Below, in pieces: positions 56,175-64,000 of a stretch of DNA of 64,000 nucleotides (its first letter is position 1; the number at the start of each line of letters is the position of its first letter). The position numbers and the translations under genes are program-made. The notes beneath the pieces were generated by a model that made no database searches, was not told the origin of the DNA, and saw only the letters and a program-made list of their open reading frames with translations. Source of the DNA: an uncultured Candidatus Saccharibacteria bacterium (GTDB lineage Bacteria; Patescibacteriota; Minisyncoccia; Sungbacterales; HO2-52-23); the NCBI GenBank assembly GCA_964412615.1, contig CAYPPK010000001.1:54983-118982 (forward strand). The letters run 5' to 3'.

Positions 56175-57629
56175 ATGTCTATGCCGAAAGAAGGCAGGAT
56201 ACATCTAAATAAATACGCTCCGCCGCCTCCCGAGTTGCCGGTCTACCAGCAAATAGATCCGCGGGAGGTTTCTTTTATCGGCCGCACCAATTACGAGGCG
56301 CCTCTGGAATCCAAGAAATATATTTTTGGCATCAGGCGCAAAGACCGCCGGCGCCATGTTTATATCGTGGGCAAGTCCGGAGTGGGCAAATCAAAACTTT
56401 TGGAACTTATGGCACGCCAGGATATTGCTTACGGCCATGGGGTTTGTTTGATTGACCCGCACGGAGACGTGATAGAAGAAGTTTTAAAATTTATTCCGGA
56501 AGAGCGCGTTGGAGACGTGATTTTGATTGATCCGGCCGACGCCGATTGGCCTATTTCTTTTAACCCCTTGCAAAAAGTGCCGCCTGATTTAAAGCATCAA
56601 ATGGCGCAGGGTTTGATTGAAGTCATGGAAAAACAATTCGGAGCCAACTGGACCCCGCGCCTGGAGCATGTTTTTCGCTTTACAACCTTGGCTTTATTGG
56701 ATTATCCCGAGGCGACTTTGCGGGGTATGATCTCCATGCTAACTGACCGACCGTATCGCCAAAAAGTCATTGAATACATTACCGATGACATGGTAAAGCG
56801 CTTTTTTGCGGTAGAATTCGCCGATTGGTCGGAGAAGTTTGATACTGACGCCATCATTCCTTTGGTAAATAAACTCGGCCAATTTCTTTCCATGCCCATG
56901 CTGCGCAATATTTTTGCCCAGAAAGAAAATAAAATTGACTTGGAGGAGATAATGAACAATAAAAAAATCCTTCTGATTAACCTTTCCAAGGGCAAACTGG
57001 GAGAGGAAAATTCCAGTTTCTTCGGTTCCATGTTTATTACCAAGATCAAACAGGCCGGCATGGCGCGGGCCGGCATGCCGGAGGAAAAACGAACGGACTT
57101 TTATCTATATGTAGACGAGTTCCATAATTTAGTAACCGATTCTTTTACCAATCTTTTTTCTGAAGCGCGCAAGTACGGGCTTAACCTTACCGTCGCTCAC
57201 CAATATACCGCTCAGCTTTTACCTGAAGTGCTGGCTACTGTTTTGGGTAATGTGGCCAATATTATTATTTTCCGGGTTGGGGGCGATGACGCGGCCAAAC
57301 TGGAATCCGAAATGACTCCGGTTTTCAAGGCCAAAGACATGATTAACTTAGGCACGCAGGAATTTTATATCAAAGAAACAATTGACGGAGAGACCTATGA
57401 TCCTTTTTCTGCCGAAACTCTTAAGATTCTTCCGGCTCCGCATCCTTCTTACAAAAGCAAAATTATAGAGGCTTCCCATCAAAAATACGCCATGCACGTG
57501 GAGGAAGTTAAAAAAATGCTCAAAGAGGAAGAAGAGGCGGTGATTTTCAGGAAAAATGGCAATACTTCTTCTGCCACTTCCGCCGACAATGCGAATGGCT
57601 ACGAGTCTCCACCCGAACCACTGATTTAA
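56175..57629 (+). CDS. Type IV coupling protein/HerA-like ATPase
   Basis: RRHVYIVGKSGVGKS, IDPHGD, LYVDEFHN, SEARKYG, AHQY. Confidence 0.88.
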   Translation: MSMPKEGRIHLNKYAPPPPELPVYQQIDPREVSFIGRTNYEAPLESKKYIFGIRRKDRRRHVYIVGKSGVGKSKLLELMARQDIAYGHGVCLIDPHGDVIEEVLKFIPEERVGDVILIDPADADWPISFNPLQKVPPDLKHQMAQGLIEVMEKQFGANWTPRLEHVFRFTTLALLDYPEATLRGMISMLTDRPYRQKVIEYITDDMVKRFFAVEFADWSEKFDTDAIIPLVNKLGQFLSMPMLRNIFAQKENKIDLEEIMNNKKILLINLSKGKLGEENSSFFGSMFITKIKQAGMARAGMPEEKRTDFYLYVDEFHNLVTDSFTNLFSEARKYGLNLTVAHQYTAQLLPEVLATVLGNVANIIIFRVGGDDAAKLESEMTPVFKAKDMINLGTQEFYIKETIDGETYDPFSAETLKILPAPHPSYKSKIIEASHQKYAMHVEEVKKMLKEEEEAVIFRKNGNTSSATSADNANGYESPPEPLI

Positions 57630-57631
57630 TT

Positions 57632-57802
57632 ATGACTGCAAATCTCACGAAACGCATTTGGATTTTTTTATCCGCCTATGGTGTCTTTTTTGCGCTGCTT
57701 TCCTTTAGTCAGGAAATTTGGACCAAAGGTCTTTGGTGGAAAGGACTAGGCGCGTTAGCCCTTGGTTTTATTTTATACCGGGTTGTGATACATAAAGTGT
57801 AA
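57632..57802 (+). CDS. 56-aa two-TM membrane protein, absent from the ORF track
   Basis: MTANLTKRIWIFLSAYGVFFALLSFSQEIWTKGLWWKGLGALALGFILYRVVIHKV; fills the gap exactly, TAATG overlap with the next gene. Confidence 0.7.
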   Translation: MTANLTKRIWIFLSAYGVFFALLSFSQEIWTKGLWWKGLGALALGFILYRVVIHKV

Positions 57803-59559
57803 TGAACCAAGAAACCAAAATTTGCCAAAATTGCAAACAAAACTTCATCATTGAGCCGGAAGATTTTGCGTTCTATGAAAAAATTAAAGTTCCTCCGCCG
57901 ACTTGGTGCCCGGAGTGCAGATTTCAGCGGCGGGCAGTATCCAGAAACGAGCGCAATCTTTTTCGGGTGAAAGACGCGCATGACGGGAAAGAAATCTTTT
58001 CCGGCATTCCGCCGCAGGCCAACCTAAGGGTTTATGAGCGTGATTTCTGGTGGTCAGACGGTTGGGATCCCATGGACTACGGTCGTGATTATGATTTCTC
58101 GCGGCCTTTCTTTGAGCAGTTTAGAGAACTGATGCACGAAGTACCATTTCCTGCACGCAATATACTTCGCCTGATAAATTCGGATTATTCTGATAATTGT
58201 GGAGATTCGAGGAACTGCTATTTGTGTTTTAACGTCGGGAATATAGAAGATTCTCTGTATATGGTTAGTGCCTATAACTGCCGGAATTGTTCTGACATTA
58301 GTATGACTTCAGAAACCGAACTTTCCTATGATTCTTTTGAAGTCGGCAATTCGTACAAGATATTTTTCTCTCATCATATAGATGATTCAAACAATATCTG
58401 GTTTTCTAAGGACCTTACGGGCTGTTCTTATTGTTTTGGATGTATAAATCTGCGCGGCAAGCAGTACTACATTTTTAATCAGCCGTATTCTAAAGAGCAA
58501 TATTTTGAGGAACTCAATAGAATAGATCTTGGCTCCTACGCAAATTTAGTTTCTATCGCTAAACGTGTAGAAAGTTTTTGGCAAAGTAATCCGAAAAAAT
58601 ATTATCATGGAGTACACAATGTTAATTCTACCGGAGACCATATCCATAACAGCAAAAACGTCCAGTGGTGTTTTGGCGTAACCGAGACCGAGGACTCAAA
58701 ATATTGCCAGGAAGTTTATAGAGGAGTGAAAGATTCCTATGACTATATGGACTGGGGGGATAAGTGTGAATTAATATACGAAGCCTGTGAGGTTGGACTT
58801 GGCGGGAGAGAAGTCAAATTTTCAACAGTATGCTGGCCGGAGGTTTTTGATATTGAGTATTCTATGAGATGCGGGTCGTCCTCTAATCTATTTGGTTGTA
58901 TTGGACTACGCAACAAGCAATACTGCATCTTGAACAAGCAATACTCAAAGGAAGATTATTTTAATCTTCGGGAAAAAATTATTAAACACATGGACGAGGT
59001 GCCGTATCAGGATAATAGAGGACATATTTATAAATATGGCGAGTATTTTCCTCCGGAATTTTCCTTAATTGCTTATAACGAAAGCTTAGCGCAAGATTAT
59101 TTTCCGCTAACAAAAGAAGAAGCACTCCGGCAGGGATACTTATGGCGAGATCCAAGCCCTCACGAGTTTCGAACCACAATTGCTGCCGAGGAACTTCCTG
59201 ATCATATAAAAGATGTAACCGACTCCGTCTTGAAAGAAATAATAAAATGTTTCAGTTGCGGCAAGGCTTATCGTTTTATTGAGCCCGAATTTTCTCTTCT
59301 CAAACAAAATGGAATCCCTCTCCCGCGGCTTTGTTGGATTTGTCGGCACAATCGTCGCCTAAAACTCCGTAATTATCCCCACTATTTTAGGAGAAAATGT
59401 ATGTGCGGTGGGACAAAAAGCAAGGATGGAAAATATGAGAATCAAGCCTCTCATTTTCACGGCCAGCAGCATTGCCCGAATGATTTTTTTACAACATTTA
59501 AATCTGACCGGCCTGATATAGTTTACTGCGAGCCATGTTATCAAGCAGAAATTCTATGA
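57802..59559 (+). CDS. Cys-rich protein with zinc-ribbon-like ends and a repetitive beta-solenoid-like core
   Basis: CQNC, CPEC, CFGC repeats, CFSC, CWIC, YCEPCY. Confidence 0.8.
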   Translation: MNQETKICQNCKQNFIIEPEDFAFYEKIKVPPPTWCPECRFQRRAVSRNERNLFRVKDAHDGKEIFSGIPPQANLRVYERDFWWSDGWDPMDYGRDYDFSRPFFEQFRELMHEVPFPARNILRLINSDYSDNCGDSRNCYLCFNVGNIEDSLYMVSAYNCRNCSDISMTSETELSYDSFEVGNSYKIFFSHHIDDSNNIWFSKDLTGCSYCFGCINLRGKQYYIFNQPYSKEQYFEELNRIDLGSYANLVSIAKRVESFWQSNPKKYYHGVHNVNSTGDHIHNSKNVQWCFGVTETEDSKYCQEVYRGVKDSYDYMDWGDKCELIYEACEVGLGGREVKFSTVCWPEVFDIEYSMRCGSSSNLFGCIGLRNKQYCILNKQYSKEDYFNLREKIIKHMDEVPYQDNRGHIYKYGEYFPPEFSLIAYNESLAQDYFPLTKEEALRQGYLWRDPSPHEFRTTIAAEELPDHIKDVTDSVLKEIIKCFSCGKAYRFIEPEFSLLKQNGIPLPRLCWICRHNRRLKLRNYPHYFRRKCMCGGTKSKDGKYENQASHFHGQQHCPNDFFTTFKSDRPDIVYCEPCYQAEIL

Positions 59560-59663
59560 ATCCCACACATAACCCTGGGCAAGATATACAATCAGCTTTG
59601 CATAAAATACTTATAGCTACTTTGTTGTTGGGGAAAACCGGCACAAAGTTATGTGTGGGATGA
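59556..59663 (+). CDS. Element-encoded micro-ORF, 35 aa (MNPTHNPGQDIQSALHKILIATLLLGKTGTKLCVG)
   Basis: ATGA-coupled to the upstream stop and to the downstream start; translation not demonstrated. Confidence 0.4.
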   Translation: MNPTHNPGQDIQSALHKILIATLLLGKTGTKLCVG

Positions 59664-59664
59664 A
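59557..59664. mobile_element. Miniature TIR element, copy C (element 59561-59660)
   Basis: TGAA-TCCCACACATAAC...GTTATGTGTGGGA-TGAA inserted in an ATGA stop/start junction. Confidence 0.85.
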
Positions 59665-60079
59665 AAAAAAGAAGGTAATGGTTTTTGGGGTTTTTGATAA
59701 ATTGCATCAAGGGCATATTTATTTTCTGAAGCAGGCAAAAAAATACGGTGAAGTTGTGGCCGTGGTGGCTCCTCATAAAGTTGTCGCTCAACTTAAAAAA
59801 AAGACGCTACTTCAATCAGAAAAAGAGAGAATGCGGGCCTTGAAAAAACTGGTTGCCAAAGCAATTTTGGGTGATAAAGTACAAGGTAGTTATATGGTGT
59901 TAAAGAGGTATAAGCCGGATATTATCTGCCTGGGGTATGATCAGAAGTGGTTAAAAAAAGACCTTAAAGAGAAGATAAGGAAGAGGGCAATTCCTCGCAT
60001 TCTATTGATTGATATAAAGTCTTATTTTCCAGAGAAATTTCATTCTTCTTTGTTAAGAAAAGTCCCCATTAAAAATTAA
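59660..60079 (+). CDS. Cytidylyltransferase-like nucleotidyltransferase (RibL FAD synthase/TagD-like)
   Basis: FGVFDKLHQGH (HxGH), PDIICLGYDQ, HSS. Confidence 0.8.
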   Translation: MKKKKVMVFGVFDKLHQGHIYFLKQAKKYGEVVAVVAPHKVVAQLKKKTLLQSEKERMRALKKLVAKAILGDKVQGSYMVLKRYKPDIICLGYDQKWLKKDLKEKIRKRAIPRILLIDIKSYFPEKFHSSLLRKVPIKN

Positions 60080-60110
60080 AAGGTCGCTAGTTAGGAGGGA
60101 GATCAAATTT

Positions 60111-60410
60111 ATGGTTTTCCTATATATTACTTGTCATAACGAAGAACAAGCAAGATCGCTGGGCAAAGCTTTGCTGGCTCGCCGAGCCGCGGGGAATATT
60201 CATTTTTTTCCCGCTTTTGCCATGAACCGCGGCAAGGGCGAAGCAGCAGAAACAAAAGAGATAGTAATGCTGGTGCAGACTGTTGATCAAAAAGTGCAGG
60301 AAATTGAAGACATCATCAGAAATATGAAGGCCGTGCCAAAAATCTGCGTGATTGCCATGTCCCGCCTAAGTCGTGAACATAAAGAATGGCTGACAACTCA
60401 AATTTCTTAA
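60111..60410 (+). CDS. CutA-like protein, divergent
   Basis: LYITCHNEEQARSLGKALLARRAAG..N; size and pattern match CutA. Confidence 0.6.
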   Translation: MVFLYITCHNEEQARSLGKALLARRAAGNIHFFPAFAMNRGKGEAAETKEIVMLVQTVDQKVQEIEDIIRNMKAVPKICVIAMSRLSREHKEWLTTQIS

Positions 60411-60507
60411 TTTTACAGTGGTAAAAGAGTTCATCCTTTCCATGCCTACCCTAGAAGCTAGGGTTTAAATGCTTGGCCAAAAATGTTATAATATAGCGAC
60501 CTGACCC

Positions 60508-62505
60508 ATGGCCAAAAACGAAAAAGATATTATTTATATAGGCAAATGCAATTTCCGCGGCAATGAGCGGGTTTTTGGCATTAAAACCAAAGATCGCCGC
60601 CAGCATATGTATGTAATCGGCAAGACCGGAGTGGGCAAGACCGCGCTTCTTAAAAATTTAGCGCTGCAAGATATCCGAGCGGGAAGAGGTTTGGCCATAA
60701 TTGATCCGCACGGTGAATTCGTGGAGGAAGTTCTCTCGCAAATTCCGCCAGAGCGAACCAACGATGTAATTTATTTCAATCCCGTTGATACGGAATTTCC
60801 CATCGGATTTAATGTTTTGGAAGTACCGGATCAAAAATACAAACACTTGGTAGTGTCTGACTTGTTGGGCATTTTTACTAAAATCTGGGCCAATGTCTGG
60901 TCGGCCCGCATGGAATACATTCTGCAAAATTGCATCATGGCCCTTTTGGATACTCCCGGCACCACGCTTTTGGGGATTCCGCGTCTTTTGGTAGACAAGG
61001 ACTATCGGCAAAAAATAATTGCCAACGTCAAAGATCCGGTAGTAAAATCCTTCTGGGTGCATGAATACGAGACCTGGCGGGATCAATTTAGAAACGAAGC
61101 CATAGTTCCAATTCAAAATAAGGTAAACCAGTTTTTAAATACCGCTTTTATCCGCAATATCGTAGGCCAGCCCAAATCCACGCTTAATATCCCAGAGATC
61201 ATGAATTCCCGGAAGATCCTTCTGGTTAATGTTTCCAAGGGAAGAATAGGAGAGGATAATTCCGCGCTCTTGGGCGCCATGATTATTACCAAAATACAAC
61301 TCGCGTCCATGGAACGCGTGAGAATTCTGGAAGACGAACGGGTGGATTTTTATTTATATGTGGATGAGTTCCAGAATTTTGCTACCGATTCTTTTGCCAG
61401 CATTTTATCCGAAGCAAGAAAATACCGACTAAACATTATTATCGCGCATCAATATGTAGGGCAGTTGGTAACTGATGTCTCCACTAAAGTCCGCGACGCG
61501 GTATTTGGTAACGTAGGAACTATGATTACATTTCGGGTGGGAGCTACGGATGCCGAATTTCTGGAGCCGGAATTTACTCCCGAGTTCATGGGACAGGATA
61601 TAATAAATCTTCCCAACCATCATGTTTATTTGAAATTAATGGTGGATGGAGTTACTTCTCGGCCGTTTTCTTCCGTTACGCTGCCCCCTTTGCAGTTTGA
61701 AACCGATCCGGAAGTGCGGGAGAAAATCATCAAGGTTTCGCGGCAGCGTTATGCTAAACCAAGAGTAGAAGTGGAAGATAAAATTTCACGCTGGAGTGGA
61801 CTTTCTGGAGAATTAGAGGAGAGGGGGAGCAGCGGAACCCCAGCTCTGCCGCCAGGCCAACTTATAGAAACTCCTTGCTGGAACTGCGGCAAAACCGCCA
61901 CCGTGCCGTTTAAGCCCGATGGCCGCCGGCCGGTTTATTGCATGTCCTGTCTTAAGCAGATAGAAGAGGGCAAACTTATTCCTATTCCCGAACGCATGCC
62001 TAAAGTTGGCCGGGAAAAATACAGCCAGTCTCTAGAAGGACTGGGAATTGAATTTGGAGCAGCAAGTAAGGAGACTCGGCCTTCTTATAACCAAAACCAA
62101 GATAGAAAGGAGCCAATGGCAGTTCCTGATAGAATTGGGAATCGTCCCGCTATGCCCAAAGGAAATAATTTTCAGCGCAATAAGCGACGGGAGGATGAAC
62201 GCGTGAAAACGCCCAGCAAAAAGGAAGAAATAAAAATGGGGATACGCTCGCAACCCGTGGTGCGGTCGGCTTCGGGAGTAAAGCCTATTTCACTTTCTTC
62301 TTTGGAGCCCAAAATAGAAGAAGAAAGTCCGACGAACGAAGAAAAAAAATCTCCAAATAAATTTCCCGGATTAAAAGAGCTTTTGCGCGAAGTACTCAAA
62401 ACTGATCAAAATCATAAAGAAGAAATAAAAACGACAGAAAATAAAAAAAGAGAAGCAAAAGAAAATAGCAAAATAGTAAAACCCGGAGATGTAATAAAAT
62501 TTTAA
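60508..62505 (+). CDS. Second VirD4/HerA-like ATPase with CxxC-x17-CxxC domain and disordered tail
   Basis: RQHMYVIGKTGVGKT, IDPHGE, YVDEFQNF, SEARKYR; CWNC...VPFKP...RPVYCMSC. Confidence 0.9.
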   Translation: MAKNEKDIIYIGKCNFRGNERVFGIKTKDRRQHMYVIGKTGVGKTALLKNLALQDIRAGRGLAIIDPHGEFVEEVLSQIPPERTNDVIYFNPVDTEFPIGFNVLEVPDQKYKHLVVSDLLGIFTKIWANVWSARMEYILQNCIMALLDTPGTTLLGIPRLLVDKDYRQKIIANVKDPVVKSFWVHEYETWRDQFRNEAIVPIQNKVNQFLNTAFIRNIVGQPKSTLNIPEIMNSRKILLVNVSKGRIGEDNSALLGAMIITKIQLASMERVRILEDERVDFYLYVDEFQNFATDSFASILSEARKYRLNIIIAHQYVGQLVTDVSTKVRDAVFGNVGTMITFRVGATDAEFLEPEFTPEFMGQDIINLPNHHVYLKLMVDGVTSRPFSSVTLPPLQFETDPEVREKIIKVSRQRYAKPRVEVEDKISRWSGLSGELEERGSSGTPALPPGQLIETPCWNCGKTATVPFKPDGRRPVYCMSCLKQIEEGKLIPIPERMPKVGREKYSQSLEGLGIEFGAASKETRPSYNQNQDRKEPMAVPDRIGNRPAMPKGNNFQRNKRREDERVKTPSKKEEIKMGIRSQPVVRSASGVKPISLSSLEPKIEEESPTNEEKKSPNKFPGLKELLREVLKTDQNHKEEIKTTENKKREAKENSKIVKPGDVIKF

Positions 62506-62663
62506 GGGCTTTGTCCAAAAATCCGAGCCATCAGGCGACGGATTTTTGGTTACAAAACCTTAACCTCGCTCTAACTCAAAGAAATACTCAGATGTCCGAT
62601 CGGTAAGCCGAAGGCGTTGCCGCGAGATAACCCTATACCGCAAAAGACGGAGTTAGGGCGTGG
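62502..62663. repeat. Composite double-hairpin repeat, copy 2
   Basis: TTAAGGGCTTTGTCCAAAAATCCG...CGGATTTTTGGTTACAAAACCTTAA then CCTCGCTCTAACTC...GAGTTAGGGCGTGG; fills the gap between two convergent stop codons. Confidence 0.75.
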
Positions 62664-62664
62664 A

Positions 62665-63234
62665 TTAGGCCTTTTTTACCCTCTCCACATACTCTCCTTT
62701 TTCCGTATTGATGCGAATTATATCCCCCGTATTTATAAATAAGGGCACTTGAACAGCGGCTCCGGTTTCCAGGGTCGCTGTTTTTGTTCCGGCAGAGGAA
62801 CGGTCGCCTTGAACCCCCGGAGGAGCTTCGGTAACTTCAAAATCCATCTTGATTGGCAAAATAATAGTAAGCAGCTCTTCATTAAAGAATACGGCAGTAA
62901 TTTCGGTATTTGGTTTTAGCCATTTTTTGTTCTCGCCAATAAATTCTTCCCTCACAGGAAAGCGCTCATTCGGCTTTTGCGGATCTATAAATGTATATTC
63001 ACCCCGATGTTGGAATAAAAACTTCAAAGGGCGTTTTTCCACATCAGCCTCCTTAAACATATCTGCCGGCTTGAAGTTGCGCGAAAGAACCTGTCCGGTT
63101 TTCAAATGCCGGATTTTGGTCTGCACCGAAGACCCGCCCCGGCCAATGTGCTGGTGGGCAACTTCAAGAACCTGATAGGGGACACCGTCAAGTTCAATTA
63201 GGGAACCTGGTTCTAAGTCGTTTATGGAAAGCAT
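62665..63234 (-). CDS. efp: Elongation factor P
   Basis: GRGG loop, PGVQGD, KTATLETGA, VPLFINTG, GEYVER. Confidence 0.95.
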   Translation of the reverse strand: MLSINDLEPGSLIELDGVPYQVLEVAHQHIGRGGSSVQTKIRHLKTGQVLSRNFKPADMFKEADVEKRPLKFLFQHRGEYTFIDPQKPNERFPVREEFIGENKKWLKPNTEITAVFFNEELLTIILPIKMDFEVTEAPPGVQGDRSSAGTKTATLETGAAVQVPLFINTGDIIRINTEKGEYVERVKKA

Positions 63235-63802
63235 AACGATTTTAAATTACAAATTATATTGACTTTTTCCACTGCAGGTGCCCGGCTGGCGCGATAGCGC
63301 TGTTCAACCAGGCCGGTGTCGAAGGGCCTGTGACTGGGGAGGAGATCAAGAAGCATTTCCTGAACGGCTCACCTGAGCCGATTCAAATCGGTCGAGAACC
63401 AATTCGTGCTTCCAGCCTTCCCGGAAGGAAGAAATAACACGCCCGCGACGAGCCCAGCGCTCCTCGCGGGCTTCGTCATTTTTACGGCAGCTTTTGAGCT
63501 GCTACCACAAGAAAAATCTTTTAGTGAACGGTCTGCTAGAGCTGTTCTGCTCGTATGCGAACTTGCGTAGCTCGGCTACAAATTACCGAAGCAAGGAGGG
63601 CTGGGAAACAGGGGCTCCGCCAAACAATCTCTGTCTATTTCCTCTAATTCAGACCTATAAATTTAAAGATACAAACATTTAAAGGTTTCAGCTAAGCGGA
63701 GAACACTGAGGGGCTCCCACCGACGAGCGAGGATAATTTGTCCAAGCGAAGCAGGCTAAGCACTAGAGCAGACGGCGGGAAAGCAGACAAGCGAGCGGAC
63801 TC

Positions 63803-63845
63803 TGTGGATAACTTTTCTTTATTACTTCTACCGGAATATTATAAT
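63803..63845 (+). promoter_or_regulatory. DnaA box plus -10 element
   Basis: TGTGGATAA-N28-TATAAT. Confidence 0.55.
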
Positions 63846-63980
63846 GAAATTAAGCCATTAAATCAACTCGCTTTTGCCTTGCGGGAAAAGGTCGTACCCT
63901 TGTTTGGGGTAAATCATGGTAGATGGTTATTGTGCACAATAACTTTTATTCTTAATTTTTTATTTTTAATTGAATAACCT

Positions 63981-64000
63981 ATGGTATTACAAACTTGGGG
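63981..64000 (+). CDS. Start of a CDS running off the window (MVLQTW...)
   Basis: ATG after an AT-rich leader downstream of the 63803-63845 promoter; too short to assign. Confidence 0.35.

Noticed and set aside
15315-59664. Constant ends with variable interiors read as CRISPR repeat-spacer units
   Set aside because: The ends are inverted rather than direct, the copies are 16-28 kb apart, and no cas genes are in the window.
63270-63800. tmRNA, RNase P RNA, SRP RNA or ZTP riboswitch
   Set aside because: Their signature motifs were not found on either strand by eye.
32490-63811. Replication origin inferred from DnaA boxes
   Set aside because: The boxes are single and dispersed over 31 kb, with no cluster and no dnaA/dnaN.
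380-63977. Numerous antisense and alternate-frame ORFs (e.g. 561-1388, 16848-17597, 37375-38166, 45340-46059, 63738-63977)
   Set aside because: They shadow well-supported genes or regulatory DNA and show no family motifs.

Overview
Gene-dense bacterial chromosome segment read with the standard bacterial code. It looks like Patescibacteria/CPR (Parcubacteria-like); this is an inference from mostly SD-less core starts, paired VirD4/HerA-like ATPases, a sigma-region-4/HTH protein, a Cys-rich CQNC family protein and short palindromes inside genes. 1-27.9 kb is a surface-glycan cluster: two NeuA-like CMP-sugar synthetases, three TagF-like GT-B proteins, GT2/GT4/GT-C enzymes, DegT, epimerases, an ABC flippase, an O-antigen-ligase/TPR protein and a priming sugar transferase. 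28-64 kb mixes housekeeping genes (murB, hpf, speD, secA, udg, SAM-I riboswitch plus metK, guaA, secD, secF, efp) with accessory genes. The most notable unexplained signal is a set of miniature inverted-repeat elements. Three copies share 13-bp TIRs (TCCCACACATAAC...GTTATGTGTGGGA) and TGAA flanking duplications but have unrelated interiors. Each sits exactly on a host start codon and regenerates it; two copies carry an open micro-ORF (MNPTHN...LCVG*) ending in an ATGA overlap with the host gene, and the third is one base off frame. Related elements, a two-copy covarying double hairpin, palindromes inserted in proteins and in the riboswitch, and DnaA boxes phased 28 nt from -10 hexamers are also reported. 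No rRNA, tRNA, CRISPR array or transposase was recognised. All coordinates were read by eye and no database searches were run.
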